DNA of 63,761 nucleotides, the filler included, from Intoshia linei (lineage: Eukaryota; Animalia; Orthonectida), in the NCBI GenBank assembly GCA_001642005.1. It is 13 parts of 13 records of this genome, joined end to end, with 100 filler letters (N's around TTAATTAATTAA, not from the genome) between each part and the next. Parts side by side here need not be neighbours in the genome. Positions count along the whole stretch, not along the records: positions 21,227 to 25,656 come from LWCA01001928.1; positions 25,757 to 30,126 come from LWCA01001996.1; positions 30,227 to 33,054 come from LWCA01002216.1; positions 33,155 to 34,654 come from LWCA01002593.1; positions 34,755 to 40,082 come from LWCA01001798.1; 8 more parts are not named here. One strand, 5' to 3'. This document shows, piece after piece, positions 21,825 to 34,870 of the stretch. Made by a program: the position numbers and the translations under genes. Each line of letters begins with the position of its first letter. The stretch's first letter is position 1. Under the pieces are notes generated by a model. That model did not search any database. It saw only the letters and a program-made list of their open reading frames with translations, and was not told the DNA's origin.

Positions 21825-22397
21825 AGTCCGACCCCAATTTGGGGCAAACCTCGGTGTGGGGCATACTCGTGTTTTGGGGCACTTTTTCAGAATTATGTTA
21901 ATTTTATAGTATTTACATCGATGGCATAGCAATATATGTGAAATTAACCCCTTTTGTGGCAAAAATGTTGTAAATATAAAATATATAAGTATAATTCTTA
22001 TAGTGATGACATTAAATTAAAATTATATTTATTTAAATATTTTACATACATTTTCATATGTATTTATCATAATTTATTAATTTTTCATTCATCCTTATAT
22101 TTTAATATCTTTTAACTTAATTACTATCAGATTACTCTAGATTACAAAGTAACTATAAGTCTAAAAATTAAGTATATAATTAAAAAAATATTCATAACTT
22201 TGATTTGAGATTTTGTTTTTAAGGTATTTACCTGAAAATATTACCCTAAGCCGTGTTGGACTCTAATAGAAACAAATATAATATCATAATATATTGCAAT
22301 AGTTTAAATATTCAATGAAAAATTAGATAACTTACTAAAACCCTTGTTTTTGGGGCACTTTCCAAAAAATGGTGCCCCAAACCAAGGTCTTCACCTG
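21824..22397. mobile_element. pogo/Tigger-like MITE abutting the piggyBac fragment
   Basis: TTTGGGGCA repeats on the left are mirrored by TGCCCCAAACCAAGGTCTTCACCTG on the right. Confidence 0.5.
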
Positions 22398-22429
22398 TTT
22401 TCCTTTATCAGTTCAATTACTTAATTTAA

Positions 22430-23220
22430 AATTTTAATTGTCCCTTTTTGAAAATCAAACGAGTTGAAGAATTTAAAAAAATATTTACGCTGATACGGAT
22501 TTTAAAATCATAAACATTATCATAAATTTAAATTTAAAAGCTGATGCGGATTTTAAAATCATAAACATTATCATAAATTTAAATTTAAAAAAATACACTG
22601 ATGCGGATTTTAAAATCATAAACATTATCATAAATTTAAATTTAAAAAAATTGTATCTTCAGGGCCAAAACCACAAATTACACTTATTTTTTTAATGAAA
22701 ACAGCTTTAGAATTTCAAAACATTTACAGGTGGTAGAGTTGTATCATGTTAACACACATAAAAAATTTCAATCCGAGTACAGTTGTATCCTGTTAACACA
22801 CATAAAAAATTTCAATCCGAATAAGTGACGACCTTCACAGTAAAAAAAGCATTTTAGTATTCATATATTTTTTTTCCGAAACATTTTATTAAAACAAAAA
22901 ATGTGAAATAATTAACGGTCTGAAAATTAAAAAAAAAAATTATTCTGATAAAGCTTATTTCAGTTGATATAAATACAAAAGTTCAACCCGAGTCCCAATT
23001 TAAGTTTAACCCAATCTACGCTTTCCCGATGAAAAATAATTTTTAATTTATTATTAACTAATATTTCGATTAAAATTGAAAATGTAAATATTGATCCTAG
23101 ATAGTGAATAGTAGAATGTTTAAATTAGATTTTCGTTGATATAAATACAAAATTTAAATTCTAGAAATCTACGCATTCTCGGTAAAAAATAATTTTTAAT
23201 ATATTAAATAATTTTTATAT
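22430..23220 (+). mobile_element. Helitron-family internal fragment with local tandem duplications
   Basis: Same sequence as 27976-28660. Three ~50-57 bp copies at 22490-22650 and a ~42 bp duplication at 22738-22820. Confidence 0.7.
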
Positions 23221-24761
23221 GAAAAATTGATACTACTTTGTATTGAAGATTTATATAATTACTGTTATGCAGCAAGATGCCAGTTTGTACTTAAATTCGT
23301 TATCACTGAGTAAAAATAACGTGTGTTGCGTATCGATGAAATGGCAAATGATATTGAAGCTCAATTAATAAATATTCTAAGATCAACTAAATTTTCTAAA
23401 TTCCCGTTTATAATATATTTTGGATTAAAATTTATAAAATCTTTTATTTTTTTGGTATATTGCGTTGAAGATATATAAAATTTTGGTTGGATTATGACAA
23501 TCTTAAGTCTCTTATAAAAGTAGACTAAAATTTTTGAAATGATAGACAAATTTCTACATTTAACCCACCACAAACACCAAAACAAAATGATAAATATAGC
23601 TATAATTTGAAATTTTTTTTTTATATTATAGAATAACGTCCATGGTGCATGACGCAGCTTAGCATTATTTATTAAAATATACAAACATTTAATTTTTCTC
23701 CACAAACAAAGCAGGAATTTCACTTTTTGAAAAAAAATTTAAGAAAAACATGAAAATAAACTTAAATTTAGTTATTTTTTGTTAATTACTTAATTGATCA
23801 TTGCTGAGTCATTAATGAGTATTTTTCAGAATTAGTCATCGGATTGTCATTTTTTTATCAAATTACATCTAATCTACTGGGTATGTATTTGAATTTCTTG
23901 AAAAAAATATTTGATGTGACACCCTAATGCAGTGGTTCTTAACTGGGGGTGCACAGAGCTATTTCTAATTTTTTTTACAAATACAAAAATTTTTAATTAC
24001 AAAAAAAAATTATCAAGTTAAAATGTTAAAGTTGATTTTTACTTTAAAATGCTTTAAATCATTCTGAAAATTATGTTTACATAAATCAATGTGAATTTAT
24101 TTTTTTGGTAGAATAAAAATGTGCCTTCAGCAGAGCTAGGTGCTGTTTTTACGTAGTACATAACAGTCAACTTAGTCATATATACATTTATATTTCAATA
24201 ATTTTGATAATTATTATTTCAAAAATGGACGAGTCAAAAGTATGAAGATTTCGATTTTAACAAAATTTATTTATTTTAGGTGTGTACTACAGGTAACAGT
24301 TAAAAAATATTTTTTATTTATTTTGAAACCGATAAAAATGTTTCATTCAATGTATTGAAAATTTAAACTAGCAAAAAAGACAAAAAAAAAGCTGATATAT
24401 CAAATTAGATGATTTATTACCTTATTTTCGTTGACCATTCTTTCGGACCCCGACCATACCTTTTCATCAAAAGTATATATAGTGATCTCACAAAAACTGC
24501 ACCAAATGTATTAGGCTTTATAAAAAAAAATTTTTTAAAGTTGATTTTTGTTGACTAATGGAATAATGATAATTATTATAATAGGGAATTTTCTAATCCG
24601 TTTCGCAATTTTTAGGATTTGTCATCTGATTTCTATACTGGTTTTTATTTTAAGTGATAACTACGAAAATGATTCGAGATTTATCCTGATTTAAATTATA
24701 AACTATGTCCAAGAAAGATAAAATGAATAATGTTTATTTATTAAAATATAAATAAGAAACG

Positions 24762-25367
24762 TTACATAAAATATCTCAAAAAATTGGTGCTTTGATGTTT
24801 GATTTCATTATTGAACTTGTTATTCCAGTTGAAAATTTCAGTGAATGTGAGATAAATTTGATAAATGCAATTAATTAATATATATTGACAGACTATATTC
24901 ATTGCCATCTTTGTAACCATACTAAACTCTGAAAATACGTAATTGGTAAGTCTTGAATGTATAACACTGTATATTACCATTACTCCAGAATACTTTAATT
25001 TTTTCGAATAAAAATGCCCATTAAATACAATATCCAGTAAGTTGATACAAAAAATCAAAAATTGTGGCAGATTGAATAGCACAGCTACCATTTTAGGATA
25101 AAAATCCTCCAATTGAATTATATTATTATTATTATATAAATATACTGATAAAAACAACACAATACCATCCATTAACTTTATATACAATTCCGATATAATA
25201 TAGGCTCCTAAACCAACAAATATAATTTGAGAATCTAAATCACTATGACCCAACGCAAAATTGTCAAAAATTTGAACATCATATTCAATAATATATGTAT
25301 GATTCATCCGGACGGTGTTAAAATAACACAATAAAATACTGATCGTGAGACAGAAAATCTTTGACAT
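24762..25367 (-). CDS. Single-exon orphan multipass membrane protein (201 aa)
   Basis: ATG...TAA open frame with an N-terminal hydrophobic segment and about 4-5 further hydrophobic stretches; AATAAA just downstream on the minus strand. Confidence 0.55.
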   Translation of the reverse strand: MSKIFCLTISILLCYFNTVRMNHTYIIEYDVQIFDNFALGHSDLDSQIIFVGLGAYIISELYIKLMDGIVLFLSVYLYNNNNIIQLEDFYPKMVAVLFNLPQFLIFCINLLDIVFNGHFYSKKLKYSGVMVIYSVIHSRLTNYVFSEFSMVTKMAMNIVCQYILINCIYQIYLTFTEIFNWNNKFNNEIKHQSTNFLRYFM

Positions 25368-26887
25368 TATTTATATTTTAAACTAAAATGAAAATCTAAT
25401 AAGATTTGAATATAAATAAACATGTAAGCATATATCTTTATTTATATAATATACTACACAATTTTTGTTAGTGTGTGTGTGTTCAGCTTTATTTGAATAA
25501 CTACCCGTCTTAGAATTTTAAATCCTTTAAAGGAGTGGTTCCCAAACTTATATTATAACTTATAATATATATGTGTATTAGGTGGACATAATTTCAATAT
25601 TGATGAATTTCTGATAGGACAAGATCCAAAAGTTTTCGTTTTGATTAGCAGACATANNNNNNNNNNNNNNNNNNNNNNNNNNNNNNNNNNNNNNNNNNNN
25701 TTAATTAATTAANNNNNNNNNNNNNNNNNNNNNNNNNNNNNNNNNNNNNNNNNNNNCTGTCAGATTCACAATTGCCAAAAGTACAAATACAATACTAAAT
25801 ATATTCATTTAATGTCAAATATTTTATTGCTAGAAAATAATGAAGTTTAGTTTCAGTTAGAAAAATGTAATTAAATATTTGCACAATATAATATTGAACT
25901 AAGTAAATATATTTGTATGAGTGCTGTTATGTATTTCGTATAAAGTTTATACTTTTGTTATATTATAAACAGTAGCTGGATATGATGAGGGTAGACTTTT
26001 TTATGTATAATGTATATGATATCTAACAAATTTTGCACATAATTTTAACGAAAATATTAAACTTGTTTAAATCAGCTACATTTCAGTTTCAACTTCTGTC
26101 AAAACATTTTTCTATTTACACAACAGTTAAAGATAAATGAAGAAGTGTCTTACTTATTTTTTTTGGTGTTCTTGTTTTTTTGTTTTTCAATACCATTTAT
26201 AACATACTATACTAATATAAAATTGAATGTCAGTGTGTGTTACAGTATATTAAATACAAATACAGTATATAAATTTAAAATTTTAGTCAATATACAAAAT
26301 ATTATATTATATTGTATTTTTTTTATAACAACTTGTTTATCATTTTTGTGTACGTTATTTTGTCTTTGTATTTGTCTTCATTTTGTTTTCATTATATTAT
26401 AAAAAAAACAACAATGTTATAATACAGAAGTTGTACAACAAATAAAAACTCTAATCCCAGTGAAGAATTTAAATGTTATACTATATACACTCAAATGTAT
26501 TACACAGGACATTTAGTTTTTTAAGTAAAATGTGAATGCATCCTATACTTTCCAAAGTGAAAAATATAATTTTTAAAATAACTTGGTGAAATTTATGTAT
26601 TCCTTTACTTAATTTACTTAGTATATAAAATAGAATGTGTATGTGTCTGTGCTACCGTTTAATTAAAAAACCAATTTTCTAATATCGTTTTTTGAGAGTA
26701 ATGTTTTAGTGGAAATTTCATTTTCAGTAATAAGTCATTCATGGTGAAAACTTTAAATGACCCTTTTATTAAAAATGAAAAAAGTTATAGAATTTTATCA
26801 AACATACATTATGGAATGTTTTTTAATAATAATCATAAGCATAAAAAAATGATTATTTCGTCACATTTTATTTCTGTCGATCTAGAG

Positions 26888-27432
26888 CAGGGATGCACAA
26901 CCTATACACCAATTTAACCACAAAGCTACTTTACTCATTGCTACTACGGCCGCACATAATTTACTTTGAAATTGAGATAGTTTAAATCCATTTTGAGACA
27001 GATATCAAAGTCAAAAATGTAACTTTTTGATAAAAATATTTTAAATTTCCCTTAATAAAATCTAATTTAAACTTTTTCAATTCGACGTAAAATGGTATAT
27101 TTTATTGTACAATAAATCAATAACAAAATTCAAATCAAATCATTTGAAAAAAATGCCAAAATTTTAACATGCTTTAATTATACACATAAATAATAATGTA
27201 AATTGGTATCGTATGAAAAACTTGAATCAATTCAAAAAGATCGAAATTTTAAAATTTCGAAAGTTTAATTCAATTTAAGAAATTAGGCAAAGTCAACAAT
27301 GAAAATTTTTAATAAAAATATTTTTAATTTCCCTTGAATATAATCTTGAATCTGATATAAACTTTTCAATTTAAAGTAAATTAATATATTGCATTATGAT
27401 CACATGCCCACGACCGCAGGTTGTGCACCCTG
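26888..27432. mobile_element. hAT Buster-type MITE (family A)
   Basis: CAGGGATGCACAACC...GGTTGTGCACCCTG, with TSD ATCTAGAG/ATTTAGAG (7/8 match, nnnTAnnn). Confidence 0.85.
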
Positions 27433-27975
27433 ATTTAGAGAAAAAAATTTAGTATGAGAAAAAATGAAAAATAATATTTAAAAATTTACATGAGTCTCAT
27501 TATAAGTGGACACCAATCAGTGGCCTACAAGGGTCCATGTTTTGCAACCTTTTGGTAATAACTTATTACTAATAAGATTCTAAAGCACAAATCTATTATA
27601 CACAAATTTAATTCAAAAATTACATTATTTTAAATGTGTACTATTTCATCGTTTAATTAAACCAATTTTTTTCTCTGATTAATAATTTTTAAATTTTGTT
27701 CAATAATTTTTTTTCTAAATTTGAGATAAATAATTTCACCATTCTTTATATCTAAATTTGATTTTTCATAATTCCTGCAATAATTTTGTATTTTATTATC
27801 ATAGTCATGCTTTTTTTTTATGTAATGAATATTTAATTCATCATATTTATCTTTTTTTTGTTTTATCTAATGTAAATAGTAATATATTTACTATAAATAA
27901 GAATTGTTTAATTATGTTTCTCTTAAATTTAAAAATTTATTTCAACTCTTTCAGATTGTCATTTTATATTAATTA

Positions 27976-28660
27976 TCCTTACTTTAATAATATGCTACGC
28001 AATATTTGTTTGTGTGTGTGTTACCGTTTATTTCAATAACCACCAGTCTTAGAATTTTATAAAATCCACATTTTAATTACACTTTTTTTCGGGGATGTTA
28101 GTAAACTAAATTTCAACCTACCAAACCCACATCTTACGGTTTACATAGCTTTATTGTCGTTTTTTTAAAAATCAAACGAGTTCTAGAATTTTAAAAAAAA
28201 TATACTCTAATACGGATTTTAAAATCATAAACATTATCATCAATTTAAATTTAAAAAAAATATGTTAAAGGCCAAAACTATAAATTATTTATTTTTTTTT
28301 ATGAAAACATTCCTATAATTTAACAAGATTTACAAGTAGTACAGTTGTATCCTGTTAACACACATAAAAAATTTCAAACAGAATAAGTAATGACTTCACG
28401 GTCAAAAAAGCATTTTAGTATTCATATATGTTTTTTCCGCAATATTTATATAAAAATATAAAATAATAGAATAATAGAAATATAAAATTAAAAAAAAAAT
28501 TATTCTGATAGATCTTATTCCAATTGATATAAATACAAAATTTCAACACAAGAAATCTACGCATCCCCGGTGAAAAATTATTTTTAATATATTATCAACT
28601 AATATTTTTCAAATATTTCGATTAAAATAAAAATTAAAAATGTAAATATTGATCCTACAA
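27976..28660 (+). mobile_element. Non-autonomous Helitron, 5' portion
   Basis: A|TCCTTACTT 5' end followed by a TTTG/TG microsatellite. The body is shared with about 10 other loci in the window. Confidence 0.72.
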
Positions 28661-28944
28661 TTTCTAATCCTAACAAGATCCTAACATATTTTAATTTTTA
28701 AAACCTAATACTTGTTAATGCAAAATTTTATTTTGATAATGTAAATTTAATAAAAATGCAAACCAGTTCATANAATATATTATCAACTAATATTTTTTAA
28801 ATATTTCGATTAAAATAAAAATTAAAAATGTAAATATTGATCCTACAATTTTTAATCTTAAGAAGATCCTAACATATTTTAATTTTTAAACCCTAATACT
28901 CGTTAATGCGAAATTTTATTTTGATAATGTAAATTTAATGAAAA

Positions 28945-30126
28945 TGCAAACCAGTTCATATAATTTTTCAATTTTTTCTTTCAATTTACAATTTTCATGT
29001 TGATATAATATAATCGCATTGTTTTTAAATGATATTATGGCATCATTTTGATCATACGATTGTTTTAATTTATCATTTTCATAAATCAATTCATTCGTTT
29101 TCTTTCACATTTCAAGGATCTGAATTAAATATAAAAATTAATGATTATATATAAACCAGCGTTTCTCAACCAAATCACTTTTCCCATAGTGCGANAATTA
29201 CAATTTTCATGTTGATATAATTTAATCTCATTTTTTTTAAATGATATTATGGCATCATTTTGATCATACGATTTTTTTAATTTATTATTTTCATAAATCA
29301 ATTCATTTGTTTCTTTTTTCATTTCAAGGATCTGAATTAAATATAAAAATTAATGATTATATATAAACCAGCGTTTCTCAACCAAATCACTTTTCCCATA
29401 GTGCGAAATTTTATTATGTATCCAGTAAGTATTAAACCAATCGTGCCAAATATTTCTTCGTATTGCTCGACAAATTTTTTATAAAATGGGTCGTTAAAAA
29501 ATTATATTATTGAATATCAACTATTATGTGTGTAGAGTTACCAACATTAAGTTATCCTCAACCCGAATTTTTGAGCGAAGCTCAAAATTTGACTAAAGCG
29601 CTGTGAAGCGTATTATTTTTTTTGTTATTTAAAAAAAATTTTGGGGCCTCTTTTACTTTTGGGTCTCTTTTTCAAAAAATAATAACAGTTTACACAAAAT
29701 TTTTATTGCAAATTTCAAAATGAATACTTTAAATTTTTATTATAAGTCTGATCTGATGATTTTGATTGAAATAATTAAATTACCCTGAGATATATCACTT
29801 AACCCTGAGCCATGAGTTAAATTTGAAAACCCGAAATCTTAGGGGGAAATAACGCAGTTGGCAACCCTAACCTTAAATTAAACAGAAAGATTTTAAAAAA
29901 ACTCAAAAAGATCAAAACGAATATTAACTGATCTTAAGANCACATTTCAAGGATCTGAATTAAATATAAAAATTAATGATTATATATAAACCAGCGTTTC
30001 TCAACCAAATCACTTCTCCCATAGGGCGAAATTTTATTATGTATCTAGTAAGTATTAAACAGATCGTGGCCAATATTTCTTCGTATTGCTCGACAAATTT
30101 TTTATAAAATGGGTCGTTAAAAAATT
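28945..30126 (-). pseudogene. Coiled-coil-like exon present in three variant copies around N-joins
   Basis: ILEMKKETNELIYENNKLKKSYDQNDAIISFKKNEIKLYQHENCK; the copies at ~29110 and ~29941 read GAA ATG TG instead of GAA ATG AAA (a TGA stop at ~29110; the ~29941 copy is cut by an N). Confidence 0.4.
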
Positions 30127-30508
30127 NNNNNNNNNNNNNNNNNNNNNNNNNNNNNNNNNNNNNNNNNNNNTTAATTAATTAANNNNNNNNNNNNNNNNNN
30201 NNNNNNNNNNNNNNNNNNNNNNNNNNACTTTTTTTCATTTTCAAATTATAAAAAAAGTATACATAATTACACAATTTAAATTCGGAACAATAACTAATAT
30301 ACCATATTGTTTTAGTATTCAAAAAATTAAATTATAATTTATTTTAGTTTTCCTTATATTTCAATATAATACAAGTGCTCTAAGGTTTTTTCGGGGGGTG
30401 TATATAGAATTTAAGTACTAAATAAGATTTTAAAAATCACAGAATATATAAAATATAAGTACAAAGTGAGATTTCAATCTTAGGTAAAGTGGCTAGAAAA
30501 AATACGTA

Positions 30509-31077
30509 CAGTGAGGCCTCTCAATACCGCTAATTTTGGTATTTCAATATTTATGGCGGTATTGAGAGTATATCGTTATAGAAACGATTACACAATAAAC
30601 ATAAATATATACAGTAAAATAACGAAAAAACGATAATTCAACGAACCAAAACAATATAATAGAATGAAATTAATATGATATATAATTTGTAGCATTGCTA
30701 TAACCTTATCTGTCATAAAACCTTGATTGGTATATATTAATTACATATTGATACAGATGCTATTTACAGGTGTGATATTCAAATAATAATTTACACTTTC
30801 TTAAAGTCACTTTTACAAATAGATTCTAAGAGAAGCTTTAAATTATAATTTTTTGTTACCAATAAATTATTAGAATTATCTCACTACATAATTTCATCTT
30901 TTATTTATTTGTAGAAATCGAATTATTTCAAATTTTTCTGTGAAATTTAAATTGAAAATTTAAGTTAAATTTTAACACATTTTGACAAATTTTTTAAATT
31001 TGTGGCGGTATTGAGAATTTTTCTTATAAGTTTGTTACAAAATTGAAAAATAGTGGCGATATTGAGATGCCTCACTG
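30509..31077. mobile_element. Tc1/pogo-type MITE
   Basis: TA|CAGTGAGGCCTCTCAATACCGC...GCGATATTGAGATGCCTCACTG|TA. Confidence 0.88.
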
Positions 31078-31497
31078 TACTATCAATTTTAGTTTATTTG
31101 GTGATAAATGTGAAGCCAAAGCTACTTATCTATGATGCGAATAAAATTTTTCGACTTTTAATGAATATTTTTCAGTACCAATTTACAAACTATCAGTACC
31201 AACTGTTATAAATACTTAAAAATACCAATTATTTATCAATAATTAACGGAATCTCTACTTTATAAGAATTTCAGGCGAATTTAACCAATATTGCAAATAA
31301 TTGTAATAAATATAAAAATGATAAACTTTTATTACTTTTAATTCATTGTTGTAGTTGGTATTTGAAACAAAATGTTTTAAAAATGAGAATTTGAAATTTA
31401 AAAATTGCGTACCAATGAAAAAAATTCCGAAGGAATGAATTATATAGATTTTCACCCATTTGTTTTTATTAGTAATGTGTAGACGTACAATGCACAT

Positions 31498-32195
31498 TTT
31501 TTTAAAATTGTAGGATCAATATTTACATTTTCAATTTTTGGTTTTAATCGAAATATTTGAAAGTATTGGTTGATAATATATTAAAAAATATTTTTAACCG
31601 GGAATGCGTAGATTTCAAAGGTTAAAATTTTGTATTTATATCAACTGGAATAAGCTCTATCAGAATAATTTTTTTTTTTTAATTTTTGGACCGTTAATTA
31701 TTTCACATTTTTTGTTTTAATAAAATATTTCGAAAAAAATATATATGAATACTAAAATGCTTTTTTGACCGTGAAGTCGTCACTTATTCGGATTGAAATT
31801 TTTTTAGTGTGTGTTAACAACTGTACCACCTGTAAATTTTTTAAATTCTACGGCTGTTTTCATAAAATAAGGGGTAATTTATGGTTTTGGCCCTGAAGAT
31901 ATAATGTTTTTATATATAACTATTATGATAATGTTTATGATTTTAAAATTCGTATCAGCGTACATATTTTTTTAAATTCTCCGCCTCGTTTGATTTTCAA
32001 AAAAAAGGACAAGTGGGGTTTTTGACCCGTAAGATGTGAGTTTGGGAAATTGAAATTTATCTTATTATAGGTCGCGAAAAAACTTTAATTGAAATGTGGA
32101 CTTTATAAAGTTTTAAGACTGATAGTTATTAAAATAAAGTGGAAAACACACACACACACAAACAAATATTGCACAGCATATTAAATAAGTAAGGA
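31498..32195 (-). mobile_element. Non-autonomous Helitron, 5' portion
   Basis: Reverse-complement copy ending (CA)n-AACAAATATTGC...TAAGTAAGGA|T. Confidence 0.72.
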
Positions 32196-33154
32196 TATGA
32201 ATATATTGTTTTATTTCATGGTGCGGCCTTATCCATTTCAAATTATTGGAATGTGGCCTTATTTATGAAATGGGTTCACCACCCCTGCTCTACTGTATAT
32301 CATTTTAATTGAAATTGAAAAGTTTAAATCAGATTTTATTCAATATTTATATCAAAAAGTTACATTTTTGACTTTGGCCACTTTCTCAAAATGGATTTCA
32401 ACTTTTCCAGTATCAAAAAAATTTTTTGCGGCCGTAGTATCAATAAATAAAGTAGCTTGGTAACTGAATTGGTAGAAAAGTTGTACTCCCCTGGTTAAAG
32501 GTTAATATAGTTTCTCTCAAATATTTCGCGTGTTGCGCATTGCGTCAATCTTATAAAGTGTCTGTAATGTACATTGTACAAAGTACATATTTTGAATATT
32601 TGCATAATTTTGCAATTATTTTTTTTTGTTAACAGGGGACCAAGATAGGAGCAAATTTTTATTAAAATTGATTGTACTATGTATGTTTTCACTTGGTATT
32701 GTGTCCCTGTTGTGTCAAGACCGAACATTGTCGAATTACTGTTGTAGAGATAGAAAATATACAACAAATTAAATAATTATAGAATGTCAGTATTTTGTGG
32801 TCTTTAGTTTTAGTCTATTCGGTAGCATTGTATAGCGACTGTAAACGATTAGTGACTCGGGCGAATACAAGCCACGGACTTACTCTTACCCGTTGCAGGA
32901 CTAATATACAATATAATATAATAATAATATGTATATTACACTATACAACACTGAAAAATACATCTGCATAAAAATATTACCATCTTGTGGATAATTTAGA
33001 GCTGATTTTAATGATATAATATATTTATAAGTTTTAGTTCATATAACCCATTTANNNNNNNNNNNNNNNNNNNNNNNNNNNNNNNNNNNNNNNNNNNNTT
33101 AATTAATTAANNNNNNNNNNNNNNNNNNNNNNNNNNNNNNNNNNNNNNNNNNNN

Positions 33155-33967
33155 TACAAATAGAAGGATAATTTTTATGGATGAAAGTTATATCCATGAA
33201 AATTATAGCAGCCATCAAGATTCGTTATATGATCCCACAGATGATGAATATATAGAACCTCAGAAAAAGTTTAAAGGAAGAAGGTATTGTTTTGTTGCCG
33301 CTATAATAAATGGGACTTTGGATGAAAATGAAAAACCTCAGATTCTGTCAAATACTATTGATATATTTGAAGGAGGCCGCACAAAGGATTATCATGGTAT
33401 GTTCGATTCTACTTATATGATTGGATGAATGAAAATTCTTTTAAAAGATTTAAAAAGTAAAGGGATTGACAATTGTGCCATTATAATGGACAATGCAAAA
33501 TACCATAAAATTCTATCACCCGATACTCTAAGAAAATTATCATCAAAAAAAAACTTCAAGAATACCTTACAAATAAAAATATTGTCTATATGGAAAGAGA
33601 TTTAAAAACAGTTTTATGGCAGAAAGTGGAAAATTTCATCAAAAATAATGTTGACACAGTGCTAGAGAAAATGGCAAAAGAAAAAAGACATGAAGTTGTC
33701 TATAGCCCTCCGTATAACAGCGATTTAAACCCGATAGAGATCATATGGGCAATAGTAAAAACGCAAGTAGGTAGACAATACGACACAACGAGTAATTTCA
33801 AAAAAGTCTTAGAAAAATTACAAAAGGCATTTTCGACATTAAATAGTCAAACCATTGATGGTTGTATCAGAAAGTGTAATAATATTGTGTGTAAGTTATT
33901 TACAGAAATAGAAAACAAAGACGAAGAAACTGAACTTACTGCGGATGAAGATTCTGATGACCTATAG
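33155..33967 (+). mobile_element. Sailor-type (DD82E) IS630-Tc1-mariner transposase, catalytic half (pseudogene)
   Basis: FMDESYIH ... IIMDNAKYH ... SPPYNSDLNPIEIIW. One TGA at 33426 and one frameshift in the A-run ~33545-33553. Restoring one A gives 82 residues between the second D and the E. Confidence 0.82.
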
Positions 33968-34754
33968 AAGTTGCCGCCAAAGTAAATTGTTCTAAATTTT
34001 AAAATGATATCTAAATAAAAAATGAATATTTTAATAACTTGTTTTTTGGCATTAATTAAATTAAACTATTATATCGAAAAAATCTTTAAAAATTTTATAA
34101 ATAGCGTTTTTTGTTGACATCACCGAAAAACTAGATTTGTTTATTTTAATTAAACATTAATCAATAATAACTATTTGCGCTGTTCTTATTAACTAATTTA
34201 TGTTATACTAAAATTCTTGAAAACTTATTTTGATGTTTATTGACAAAAATAATTTGATACTGTTAAATGTAACTGACTGTTAAATTATTATTTAATTTCA
34301 TTTTTCTAATATCTATGTCACAACCAAAAAATATATTATCTAGAAAAAAATTGAGATTGGCACGTCCATACGAAATACTTATTAGTGAACCTTTAAGCAG
34401 CTCATCAAGATTATCTACAATAAAAAAAATCTAGGGAAGATATCATTTTTTACAATTGGAAAATCCAAGAAAATCAAAAGCATACTCTTGTGATAAAGCT
34501 GCAATAGAATTATATAATATCTGGAATAAATTTACACTTGGTCCACTTCCATTAGATTTAATAAAATAAAAAATTAAAACTTTAATGAATAAATACATTT
34601 TATGTTAAAATACCTCGTTATCACCAGCAATTTAAAGAAACTTGGAACAGTATANNNNNNNNNNNNNNNNNNNNNNNNNNNNNNNNNNNNNNNNNNNNTT
34701 AATTAATTAANNNNNNNNNNNNNNNNNNNNNNNNNNNNNNNNNNNNNNNNNNNN

Positions 34755-34870
34755 TTGTAGTTTTATTTAATGACTCACAAAACAGATATTCTTCCTTAAT
34801 GTTATTATTCACAACATATCTTGCAAACACATCAGTAGATTCGTTTAAATCATCAACATTATCATAAATG
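34755..34870 (-). mobile_element. hAT (Buster/SPIN-like) transposase fragment
   Basis: LNESTDV...ARYV...IKEEYLFCESLNKTT. Confidence 0.65.

Noticed and set aside
23361-27800. Short F/I/L/K-rich ORFs (for example 23361-23723 and 26145-26402)
   Set aside because: Their composition is what chance frames give in very AT-rich DNA. No motifs or splice support.
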